Virus record (IMG/VR): IMGVR_UViG_3300033153_006744
Span: 26,495 to 90,494 of that record
Reading direction: 5' to 3' (one strand)
DNA from: a virus
Length of the DNA stretch: 64,000 nt
Part shown: one piece after another, positions 56,283-64,000 of the stretch
Numbering within the stretch: position 1 is the stretch's first letter
How the letters are laid out: each line of letters opens with the position of its first letter
The notes under the pieces: generated by a model
The model's input: only the letters and a program-made list of their open reading frames with translations
Told to the model about the DNA's origin: nothing
Database searches by the model: none
Position numbers and translations under genes: made by a program

Positions 56283-56753
56283 CTAAAACTTAATTAATGC
56301 TTTATAATGATCTATCAATTTACTTGGTTTCTCTTCACCATATATATAATGCCTAACAAAATCATCGATGAAAATTCCCAACGGAGCAAGTATCAGCCAA
56401 AGCCCTATAAACAACAAGCATATTTGACCCATTACATTCAATGGCAACATAGAATAATCCCAAATAGCAAACTCTAACTTAATATTTAATATATATCCTG
56501 TTATGAACTCTATGGTTGTAATAAATATTGCCGAGATTACCGTTTGCTTAAATATAGATAACTTAGTCTTTTCATTCAACATGCCTATAAACAACCCAGA
56601 TATTCCACCCAACAAACCCATCCATAAAGAAGTTCTACCCATTAAGGCACCATACTTACCCAAGGGATAAAAGAAGGCACCTATGATTACTTCTATATTC
56701 ATGTATAACAAAGCAAAAATAGTAAATAGCATTAAGTGTTTTTTAATTTTCAT
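56283..56753 (-). CDS. Integral membrane protein (putative ABC-transporter permease CmpB/DUF1113-like)
   Basis: 'ITTIEFITGYILN...WDYSMLPLNVMGQICL' signature; 4 TM helices. Confidence 0.75.
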   Translation of the reverse strand: MKIKKHLMLFTIFALLYMNIEVIIGAFFYPLGKYGALMGRTSLWMGLLGGISGLFIGMLNEKTKLSIFKQTVISAIFITTIEFITGYILNIKLEFAIWDYSMLPLNVMGQICLLFIGLWLILAPLGIFIDDFVRHYIYGEEKPSKLIDHYKALIKF

Positions 56754-57270
56754 TTAGTTCTCCTTGACTTATTGCGTAAGAACACTTTTGTAATAAATAA
56801 AATTTAATCTTTTCGTTATGTTCTTTAATTTCCTTAACATCTGAAAATAATATATTATCAAAACCACTATCTTCATAAAAACTAAGTAAATATAATCTTT
56901 TTTGTTTAGTCTTTTCATCATTAAGCCAAGCGAAAACACCAACATCAATAATTTCATCATCAACCTCAACATAAAAGGCGTCTTTATCTTCTATTAAACA
57001 ATGTTCTTTGTCATCAATAATTTCATAATTTTCTTCAACTTCATCATTGTGTTTTATGAAATTTCCCCAGAGGCTAGAATCTGGAGTTAGTGTAACTTTT
57101 CTACTAGGAGAAAGTGCAATCTCATCTTTAGGTAATTCTGTAAAATCTATTTTTTCATCGTTTATTTTAACGTTAAATTTTAATTCTTTTTTATTCATTT
57201 TCACCTCCTTAACTAAGTCCAAGTTAATGATGCTATCACCTAATTGTTCATGTTCATACCATGTTGCCAT
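56743..57270 (-). CDS. Hypothetical protein ('iNLd' family N-terminus)
   Basis: 'IINLDLVKEV'; AAGGAGG RBS. Confidence 0.6.
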   Translation of the reverse strand: MATWYEHEQLGDSIINLDLVKEVKMNKKELKFNVKINDEKIDFTELPKDEIALSPSRKVTLTPDSSLWGNFIKHNDEVEENYEIIDDKEHCLIEDKDAFYVEVDDEIIDVGVFAWLNDEKTKQKRLYLLSFYEDSGFDNILFSDVKEIKEHNEKIKFYLLQKCSYAISQGELNEN

Positions 57271-57280
57271 TTTAGCCTCC

Positions 57281-57529
57281 TTAATCTTCTGTGTAATATT
57301 TAAATTTTGACATCATTGTTTTTCTTCTTAACTTGTATTCTTGTGCTAACTTTAATGTTAAATGTCTTCTTTTTTCAGAATGATGTACTTTTCTTCTAAC
57401 TCTTTTAGCTCTAACTTTAAATGTGTTATCTAACCTCATCAACGCATAATGTTCAATAAACATATCATCAATATCTTTTGTTGCTTGTTCAGTTAATTCT
57501 TTAATTAAAACGCTTGTTAATGTTTCCAT
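57281..57529 (-). CDS. Small basic hypothetical protein
   Basis: AAGGAGG RBS; under promoter cassette 5. Confidence 0.6.
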   Translation of the reverse strand: METLTSVLIKELTEQATKDIDDMFIEHYALMRLDNTFKVRAKRVRRKVHHSEKRRHLTLKLAQEYKLRRKTMMSKFKYYTED

Positions 57530-57550
57530 AATTACCTCCTTATTTATTTT

Positions 57551-57607
57551 GCTAAGAACCTTTTTCTTAACTTAATCCAATGTAACATATTTTAAAGTGA
57601 ATGTCAA
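57551..57607 (-). promoter_or_regulatory. Promoter + leader stem-loop cassette 5 (TTGACA-17-TACATT, extended TG)
   Basis: Hairpin GTTAAGAA-AAAGG-TTCTTAGC. Confidence 0.8.
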
Positions 57608-57636
57608 GTATATTTTAGTTTATTTCTAATTCTTAT

Positions 57637-58359
57637 TTAATGTCTTTTATCAGCTGAAGCTTCAGCAACAACTATTTCTTTTTTTATTGCAATCAAGCGA
57701 GCTTTAAGGGTTTCCATGTCTTCCTCTTTGTTCTCACCTTTAACCTTCTCATTCTCTTCTTTAATCCTTTTATTTTCCCTGAATGAGTCTTTTTCTTCAG
57801 ACTCACTTAATTCAGGTTTACTTTTTTCAAACTCATCACCGTTTACTTTCATCTGCCACAGGAACATCGCATAAACCGCAGACCTAGCATATTCTTTTTT
57901 AAAAGCACTTTCAAACATTTGGCAATAGTAATATGTTTTATATTTTGGATTAAAGTTTTCTTCACTAACTCCAAACCCCTCTGCTATCTCTGCCATTTTA
58001 AATAAAAATTCAGGTTCAAGTAAATCAAATCTAATAAAATGAGTCTCTGGATTTTCTTCTTCTTCTCTTTCTGACCTTACAGAATCAAAGAAATCACAAA
58101 ACATACAATTAACAGCCGTGTATACCTCTTCAAGCCCATCAAAATCATCTGAGTTTACAACTGCATTTGTATTTGTAGTTTTTAGAACATGCCTTAATAA
58201 CGCCCCTCTCATTCTGTCTTTATGTAGCTTCACCCAATTAAATGCCCCATTTTTAGCGGCCCCTTTTGTAAGAACTCTTGCCATCTCAAATATGAAATTT
58301 GTAATTAATAAATTTACCTTTGGCTTCCCTGAGTCATTTTTTGTACCTTCTTTACTCAT
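57637..58359 (-). CDS. dATP/dGTP diphosphohydrolase-domain protein (DUF5664-like)
   Basis: 'GTKNDSGKPKVNLL...EMARVLTKGAAKNGAFNW...ALLRH'. Confidence 0.7.
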   Translation of the reverse strand: MSKEGTKNDSGKPKVNLLITNFIFEMARVLTKGAAKNGAFNWVKLHKDRMRGALLRHVLKTTNTNAVVNSDDFDGLEEVYTAVNCMFCDFFDSVRSEREEEENPETHFIRFDLLEPEFLFKMAEIAEGFGVSEENFNPKYKTYYYCQMFESAFKKEYARSAVYAMFLWQMKVNGDEFEKSKPELSESEEKDSFRENKRIKEENEKVKGENKEEDMETLKARLIAIKKEIVVAEASADKRH

Positions 58360-58585
58360 GTTTTCTCCTAAATATTATGATATATTAAAAACCCAACGAT
58401 ACCAACCGCAAGCCCCGCTAAAACTGTAATGCTTGCCCTAAAATGACGTATGCTTTTATTTTCTTCTTCAAACATTTTTCACCTCAAGCTTTTAGTTTTG
58501 TTGTCATTGTTTTCTTTATTTTTCAACCTACGCTCCAATTGTTTTCTTTTCAAAACTTGTCTTACTTCTTTGGTTCGCTTTAACA

Positions 58586-59209
58586 TTACTTCTCCTTTTT
58601 AAAGTGTTTACAGCCTTTTTTCATATCTTTCTTATAAAGTATCTTGCCTTTTCCATGCTTAACACCTTTATAGCATTCACCTTCAAAATGTTCGCATTCA
58701 AGGCAAGTTTCAGAATAGCTCTGGATGAAGTCAAACTGTTTTTCTAGTGAACCATTGACAAGTATTGTGGAGTCAACGCCTTTTGTTATGCAGGTGTATC
58801 TAGAGTTAAAACTCAAACCCTTTTGCTTACACAGCTTATCTATTTCGTCAATAATTTTCTTTTCCTTAGCCTCTTTCTTAGTTTCTTGAATTATTTCTCC
58901 CAACCATTTAAGTTCTTTCTTTTGCTTAACTCTCGGATAATATTCGTTAATCATAACTCTGCGATCATTGTATGTGTTTTCATCACGATGTATCACTATG
59001 AAAACCTCGCTCCCAAGTTTACCCTCCGCTTTTCCGCAGTATGCTTTAATCCCAAAACTTTTTAAATGCTCTTCTATATTTTTAAACATTTCATATAACT
59101 CCTCCATGCTTCTTTTTTTTGGTTCTTCCTTTTCCAGCTGTTCCTTAATAGCCTTAATAGCTGCATCAGTAGCAATTTTTGTAATTTTATCTATAAATTC
59201 TTGTTTCAT
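58586..59209 (-). CDS. Hypothetical protein with C-terminal Cys module
   Basis: AAGGAG RBS; 'CLECEHF...C...CKHF'. Confidence 0.6.
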   Translation of the reverse strand: MKQEFIDKITKIATDAAIKAIKEQLEKEEPKKRSMEELYEMFKNIEEHLKSFGIKAYCGKAEGKLGSEVFIVIHRDENTYNDRRVMINEYYPRVKQKKELKWLGEIIQETKKEAKEKKIIDEIDKLCKQKGLSFNSRYTCITKGVDSTILVNGSLEKQFDFIQSYSETCLECEHFEGECYKGVKHGKGKILYKKDMKKGCKHFKKEK

Positions 59210-59217
59210 ATTGCTCC

Positions 59218-59496
59218 TTATCGTTTGAAATTTTGCAATTCAGACTCAAGATTGTCTAATCTTTTCTCTGTTTTTCTATTTTTTAAATACTTATCTATCG
59301 CATATGTCAAAACTATTAAAAAGACTATAGCTTTATTTACATGGGGTAAATTTAAACCAAGCACTGAGCTAAATAATTCATTTAAAACAAAGTAATACAA
59401 CGCTATAGACATGCTAAACTCAAAAATTGTCAACATCATAGCAAAAGCTATGTACGAAAAAATCTCAAAACCACTCTTATTCTTTAAATCTTTCAT
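59218..59496 (-). CDS. Small 2-TM membrane protein
   Basis: Two hydrophobic helices; AAGGAG RBS. Confidence 0.55.
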   Translation of the reverse strand: MKDLKNKSGFEIFSYIAFAMMLTIFEFSMSIALYYFVLNELFSSVLGLNLPHVNKAIVFLIVLTYAIDKYLKNRKTEKRLDNLESELQNFKR

Positions 59497-59506
59497 CTTA
59501 TCTCCT

Positions 59507-59833
59507 TTATTTTCTATATTTTTCTTTTAAATATTTATGTTTTATTCCAGATACATAAGCTCCAGTAACTCCAATTTTCTCAGCTATCCAAGCAGGCCTT
59601 TTCTCCTGTTTTATATATCCTATAATTAATTTTTTTCTTTCATCTTTTTGTTTTGTTAAAATGTTATCTGTTAATTTAATGCCATTTTTCTTTAAATATT
59701 TCCCTATAGTCATTACAGAAAGCCCTAACTCTTTAGCAATATCTTTAACTTTAATCCCAGCTTTATACATCTCAATCATTTTATCTTGTGCTTCTTGTGA
59801 TTGAGCTTGTTGTCTTCCTCTTTTGTTAGTCAT
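59507..59833 (-). CDS. Tandem helix-turn-helix DNA-binding protein
   Basis: 'MYKAGIKVKDIAKELGLSVMTIGKYL' and 'IAEKIGVTGAYVSGIK'. Confidence 0.75.
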   Translation of the reverse strand: MTNKRGRQQAQSQEAQDKMIEMYKAGIKVKDIAKELGLSVMTIGKYLKKNGIKLTDNILTKQKDERKKLIIGYIKQEKRPAWIAEKIGVTGAYVSGIKHKYLKEKYRK

Positions 59834-60134
59834 TTTTAAGTCCCCATTCGCTATTTTTATTTTTTTGACATCTATTTTCAAATTTAGACTCGCCACAACA
59901 AGAGGCGGCACCCCCCATTACAAACCTCGCGCTATGTTTGCAGTTTTCGCAATTCTTCATTTTCTCAATCCGCTCTTTTAATTTATCATTCTCATCAGAT
60001 ATTAAATATCTTATTTCACATTGCGTATTTTCGTTTTTCTTGCATAACTCAATTTCATGTTGCAATTCTTCAATCTTTAAGTTTAAGCTTTCAAAAATTT
60101 GTTTGTCGTTCATGTTATATCTCCTTGCATCCAA
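59826..60134 (-). CDS. Hypothetical protein with CxNCxH module
   Basis: 'ENDKLKERIEKMKNCENCKH'. Confidence 0.6.
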   Translation of the reverse strand: MDARRYNMNDKQIFESLNLKIEELQHEIELCKKNENTQCEIRYLISDENDKLKERIEKMKNCENCKHSARFVMGGAASCCGESKFENRCQKNKNSEWGLKND

Positions 60135-60721
60135 CTATCTTTAATTAACTTCCAATATTCACACTTATCTGCAGTTTTTACTGTTTCCCCTGTTATTTCA
60201 CATTCCAACCAAGGGTCTGAGCCTTGATAATGTTCTCTAAAACAATGTTTGCAGTTGCCGCAATTTCCCATTTTCTCGATTTGTTTTTTAAGCTCCTTGT
60301 TTTCTTTCTTAAGTAAGCAAATATCTTCAGATAAAACCTCAGTTAATGTTCTATTGTCACATTGTTTATTCTTCATTTCTGTTCCTTTTTTTAGGTAAAT
60401 CATGTTTATATCATCTTTTATTTCATATGTGAACCCTAAAGGCCCTTTTTCGTCAACATATAACACATCTTTCGTTTCAGGTTTTGGATATTCAACTTCA
60501 TCTGTTTCAACATTTTTTATATCTCCAGTCTTAGTGTCAACTTCAACGTGTAATGCTTTTAATTTGTCTTTCTCATTCGTCATTTTATTCTTAATATAAT
60601 TATTAATCAACAACGATAAAATAATTTCATTACCCTGAACATCATATAAAGTCTTTTCGTCTTTTTCATAATAATTTACTAACCACCCATCTTCAAATGT
60701 AGAATAAATTAACTTATTCAA
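60110..60721 (-). CDS. Hypothetical protein with CxNCxH module
   Basis: 'ENKELKKQIEKMGNCGNCKH...C...CEYW'. Confidence 0.55.
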   Translation of the reverse strand: MNKLIYSTFEDGWLVNYYEKDEKTLYDVQGNEIILSLLINNYIKNKMTNEKDKLKALHVEVDTKTGDIKNVETDEVEYPKPETKDVLYVDEKGPLGFTYEIKDDINMIYLKKGTEMKNKQCDNRTLTEVLSEDICLLKKENKELKKQIEKMGNCGNCKHCFREHYQGSDPWLECEITGETVKTADKCEYWKLIKDSWMQGDIT

Positions 60722-60921
60722 ATTTATGAAAAATCCTTCTCTTATGTTTAACTATTTATCGTTGCGTGACATTTCTATGCCTCCTTACCTTAACTCGTTT
60801 AACTTCTTTTTTCTCTAGCATGTTTATATCTTTGCTCTTCAAGTAAATATTTGCAACCCAAAGAATAATAAAGAATATAAGCAAGATTAATATAGTGTTA
60901 AATAGTTTCTTATAATATTTG

Positions 60922-61221
60922 TCAAACATTGGCAGGCTCCCAAAACTTATGGCGATTATCATGGCATTCATGTTTGTCACCTCTAAATTTATCAGAAATG
61001 CACATTCTAGCAAGACCATTGTAATCTCTACAGTTTTCACAACGCCTCATTTTCTCTACCTTATTTTTAAGGCTTTTATTTTCTCTTTGTAATATATGAA
61101 GCATCTGTTCAAGTTCCTCAAAAGCTGCAATATCTAAAGACGATAAACGCTTGTCGATTAACATTTGTCTTATTGTCTCTTTAAATCCTGTAAATATTCT
61201 ATATTTTTCTTCTTCCGTCAT
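60922..61221 (-). CDS. Hypothetical protein with CxNC module
   Basis: 'ENKSLKNKVEKMRRCENCRD...C...C...FW'; GGGGGG RBS. Confidence 0.6.
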   Translation of the reverse strand: MTEEEKYRIFTGFKETIRQMLIDKRLSSLDIAAFEELEQMLHILQRENKSLKNKVEKMRRCENCRDYNGLARMCISDKFRGDKHECHDNRHKFWEPANV

Positions 61222-61322
61222 AATACCCCCCTAAGTCAACTTTACATATTCATAAATTGTCATAAACAATTGAACCAAATATAACATAAATGTGAATAGA
61301 TTAAACATCTTTATCCTTTTAA

Positions 61323-61436
61323 TTTGTTTCTAGTTTCTCTTAATGTTTTAGCTCTATCCTTTATGAATTTCTCTTTTTCTTCTTTTGTTAAACTATCATA
61401 ATATTCAGTTAAACTGTGAGACTTAAAACTTAAATG
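61323..61436. repeat. 114-bp exact direct repeat, copy 1
   Basis: Identical to 63887-64000. Confidence 0.9.
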
Positions 61437-61549
61437 TTTTTATTGTTTTCACATCTCACCTCCACGGGTAACACATCAATTTTGTCCTAACCATATATTG
61501 TGTTATTTATAAAATTATAAAACGCCATCAACGTGTTACCCTATATAGA

Positions 61550-61780
61550 TTAAAATCTTCTAGCCTTTAAATATTCTTTAAACTCATCTGTGCTCAATCT
61601 GGTAACATCAAATGTTGTGATTGATGTGTTTCTTTTAAAATATTCCCTTGTCTCTTTATTTTGATAAATGCCATATTCAGAGTCAAATAACTCAACAGTT
61701 CCGATGTAATCAAAATGTTTCGGGTTGTGAGCTTTGTCAAAGCCTACTACGTTATATAAACCTAATGCACTAAAAATCAT
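61550..61780 (-). CDS. Hypothetical protein
   Basis: AAGGAGG RBS. Confidence 0.6.
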   Translation of the reverse strand: MIFSALGLYNVVGFDKAHNPKHFDYIGTVELFDSEYGIYQNKETREYFKRNTSITTFDVTRLSTDEFKEYLKARRF

Positions 61781-61799
61781 AATTACCTCCTTAATAAAA

Positions 61800-61831
61800 T
61801 TAACAAGCAGCTTAAAGACTTGCTCATGTCT
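61800..61831 (-). ncRNA. Putative cis-acting H-type pseudoknot, copy 2
   Basis: AGAC-AUGAGCAA-GUCU-UUAAGC-UGCUU; stem 1 covaries with the 45.8 kb copy. Confidence 0.5.
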
Positions 61832-61840
61832 GATTAAAAA

Positions 61841-62116
61841 CTATTTCCAAATAACATATCCAAAAGTTTTATTCCAATCTCGACTACAAGACATATAAAA
61901 ACCGTCATATCCTTGCTCTTCATGTTTTTTCAATTCTTCTGTAGTCATGTCAAAATAAGATATGTCTAAGTTAGGGCGTGCTTGTCTTAAAAACTCAACT
62001 TGACCTTTTCTCGAAGCTATTGTTTTAAGCCCTTTTATTAGACTTAAAATTTCTTCTACACTTTTGTCAAACATTATTGCATTTTCAATTGCATTTAATT
62101 TTTCTTGTCTAGTCAT
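61841..62116 (-). CDS. Hypothetical protein
   Basis: AAGGAG RBS; under promoter cassette 6. Confidence 0.6.
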   Translation of the reverse strand: MTRQEKLNAIENAIMFDKSVEEILSLIKGLKTIASRKGQVEFLRQARPNLDISYFDMTTEELKKHEEQGYDGFYMSCSRDWNKTFGYVIWK

Positions 62117-62140
62117 CTTAATCTCCTTTAATTACTTTTT

Positions 62141-62202
62141 AGTTAAGAACCTTTTCCTTAACTCTATATATGCAATATAATGTATTTTGAGGTAATTGTC
62201 AA
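62141..62202 (-). promoter_or_regulatory. Promoter + leader stem-loop cassette 6 (TTGACA-17-TATATT)
   Basis: Hairpin AGTTAAGGA-AAAGG-TTCTTAACT. Confidence 0.8.
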
Positions 62203-62253
62203 GTAAAATGTTAAATAAAATTGAAATAAAATGAAACAAAGTGTAAGCCGTTG

Positions 62254-62463
62254 TTATTGCTTAGTGTTTTCTGCTTCTTTTTCTTTGTATTTCAGCCATG
62301 AATTAAACATTTTTAAGATCTCATCATAACCTCTTTTTTTTGCTATGCTATATGGGCTTTCACCGTCTTCTTTTTTCTTGCAATCTGCACCCTGTTTTAA
62401 TAGGGTTTTAATTAGGTCTGTGTTTTTATAGAAGACTGCTTCCATTAGTTTAGAGTATTTCAT
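62254..62463 (-). CDS. Small ankyrin-repeat protein
   Basis: 'LMEAVFYKNTDLIKTLLKQGAD...DGESPYSIAKKRGYDEILKM'; AAGGAGG RBS before ATG 62463. Confidence 0.7.
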   Translation of the reverse strand: MKYSKLMEAVFYKNTDLIKTLLKQGADCKKKEDGESPYSIAKKRGYDEILKMFNSWLKYKEKEAENTKQ

Positions 62464-62589
62464 TTGTCCTCCTTGAGAACCCACTTTAAAGCGTTAACTA
62501 CACTAATTATACTAAACCAGTCATCGCTCCCATGCTCATAATCATTTTTTTCTTTTTCTAATTCTTCTATATATTTTAGTATCTCTTCT

Positions 62590-63465
62590 CTACTCTTCAT
62601 TTAAGCACCTCTCTAGTTCATCAGTTATAACGTGCCACCCCTTCAACTTGTGATTTTCTCTTTGCATAATCATCCATTGCAATGTTTTTTTTGTGGCAAA
62701 TAAGAATCTTTTTTGAATGTAGTTAATTGGCATCATGTCAGTTAACGCGTTTTCAAATTCAAGCTTTGCCACCTCAATATTTAATTCTTTTTTAACATAA
62801 CTTTTATATTTCTTCCAAGCTTCCTTATCTTTCAAAATATGTATTCTATGATTTAAATCTCCTAAACTTTCACCGTCTATAAGCCCCTCAAAATCACTAA
62901 AAAAAAGCGGCCTGTCAAGTATGTTGTGCATGGTGCTAGTAGACAACGTAACAGTATCTTTCTTGTAGGTGTCAATTTGCTTCCATAATTTCAAAGTTGC
63001 ATCTATTTCAAAGAAATAATAGCTTTCACCACAATATTCAGCCTTAACTTTTTCAATGAATTTTGTGTCAATTTTATCATAGCTTTGATGCGCTGCCCTA
63101 CAAGCCCTCATGAAGTCAAGGGGAACGAAATAGCGAGCATTTGTTAAGTTTAGCGCCCTTTTTATGATACTTTTTGAAACATTCTCACTATCTTCTGGTT
63201 CAATTTTACAGAAGTCTGAAATTGTGTGTCTCATGCTAATAAATTTAGGTTGATTTTTATAAATCTTTGCAAACAACCTTAAAATTTTTGAATGCGGGTG
63301 ACAATCAACCCAATCGTCACCAAATCTTTCACGCCCTCTTTTGTTCAATTTTTCATCTTCTTTAATCAAGCGTAAAATTAATTTTAGGTCGTTTTCCCCA
63401 CTTTCAAACCGATTGAGGTAGGGGTGTTTCTCGGTAAACTTGTCGATAAGCTTAACTTTAGTCAT
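62590..63465 (-). CDS. Hypothetical protein (291 aa)
   Basis: AGGAG RBS; no family recognised. Confidence 0.65.
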   Translation of the reverse strand: MTKVKLIDKFTEKHPYLNRFESGENDLKLILRLIKEDEKLNKRGRERFGDDWVDCHPHSKILRLFAKIYKNQPKFISMRHTISDFCKIEPEDSENVSKSIIKRALNLTNARYFVPLDFMRACRAAHQSYDKIDTKFIEKVKAEYCGESYYFFEIDATLKLWKQIDTYKKDTVTLSTSTMHNILDRPLFFSDFEGLIDGESLGDLNHRIHILKDKEAWKKYKSYVKKELNIEVAKLEFENALTDMMPINYIQKRFLFATKKTLQWMIMQRENHKLKGWHVITDELERCLNEE

Positions 63466-63466
63466 A

Positions 63467-64000
63467 CTAAACTCCTATATTGTTATTTTTAAAATATTTA
63501 CCTAACTTTCTTAACGCCTCTTTCTCTATATACCTTATCATGTCAACCGATAAGGTCTTTTCTTCATAACCTTCTTCATATAATTTTATTGCAACTTCTT
63601 TTAATGTAGCTGCTTTTGTTTTTAAATTAGACTTAGCTTGATAATAAATTTTATGATTTCGTTCTTTACTTTTCACGCAAGCAACTGTGTACTTTTTAAT
63701 ACCGATCTTTTTTGCGATTTCAGAATTATTCAAGCCACTTTTCGCCATCTCAATTATTGCATTGTCTCTGTCCTCTATTGCTTTAGATTTCTGTTTTCTT
63801 GGAAATGAAAAGCCTTCTTTCTTTAAGAAATTCATAACAGTAACCCTAGTTAGTTGCACAGCCTTTGTTATATCTTTTAATGCAGCTTTGTTTCTAGTTT
63901 CTCTTAATGTTTTAGCTCTATCCTTTATGAATTTCTCTTTTTCTTCTTTTGTTAAACTATCATAATATTCAGTTAAACTGTGAGACTTAAAACTTAAATG
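63467..64000 (-). CDS. HTH DNA-binding protein, 5' end beyond the window
   Basis: The frame of the 63467..63859 ORF stays open to 64000 (...HLSFKSHSLTEYYDSLTKEEKEKFIKDRAKTLRETRNKAALKDITKAVQLTR...); HTH 'GLNNSEIAKKIGIKKYTV'. Confidence 0.7.
   Translation of the reverse strand, partial: HLSFKSHSLTEYYDSLTKEEKEKFIKDRAKTLRETRNKAALKDITKAVQLTRVTVMNFLKKEGFSFPRKQKSKAIEDRDNAIIEMAKSGLNNSEIAKKIGIKKYTVACVKSKERNHKIYYQAKSNLKTKAATLKEVAIKLYEEGYEEKTLSVDMIRYIEKEALRKLGKYFKNNNIGV
63887..64000. repeat. 114-bp exact direct repeat, copy 2 (runs to the window end)
   Basis: Identical to 61323-61436. Confidence 0.9.

Noticed and set aside
2527-63965. Plus-strand ORFs in the track (other than 46170..46745), e.g. 32301..33053, 22323..22883, 12495..12959
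   Set aside because: Antisense shadows of well-supported minus-strand genes; Ser/Phe/Leu-rich, with no RBS or motifs.
1-64000. Canonical CRISPR array to accompany the csf genes
   Set aside because: No run of 25-40-nt repeats with unique spacers was seen in any intergenic gap. One could lie outside the window, and a degenerate mini-array could be missed by eye.
1-64000. tRNA genes, integrase, reverse transcriptase/DGR, stop-codon reassignment
   Set aside because: No cloverleaf, recombinase or RT motifs were noticed; core genes are full length under code 11.

Overview
AT-rich, almost entirely minus-strand segment of a large contractile-tailed (myovirus-type) phage or prophage. It holds a near-complete virion module: terminase, portal, gpF-like head protein, XkdF-like protease, scaffold, HK97 capsid, neck, sheath, tube, fibres, tape measure and baseplate. 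About 24 kb of small accessory ORFs are driven by repeated sigma70 promoter + stem-loop cassettes. The standout is an array-less type IV-B-like CRISPR effector operon (csf2-cysH-csf3-csf1) inserted in the middle of the head-neck genes. Its Csf2/Cas7 carries a ~125-aa helical insertion resembling the Cas11 small subunit, and an IbrA/IbrB (PAPS-reductase-like + ParB-like) pair with its own promoter is nested inside the operon. A Cas6-like gene sits 11 kb away, heading a ParB-methyltransferase operon. Several repeated non-coding elements show compensatory base changes: six 5'-leader hairpins, two H-type pseudoknots and two SD-sequestering leaders. All family assignments come from motif recognition by eye; no database search was run.
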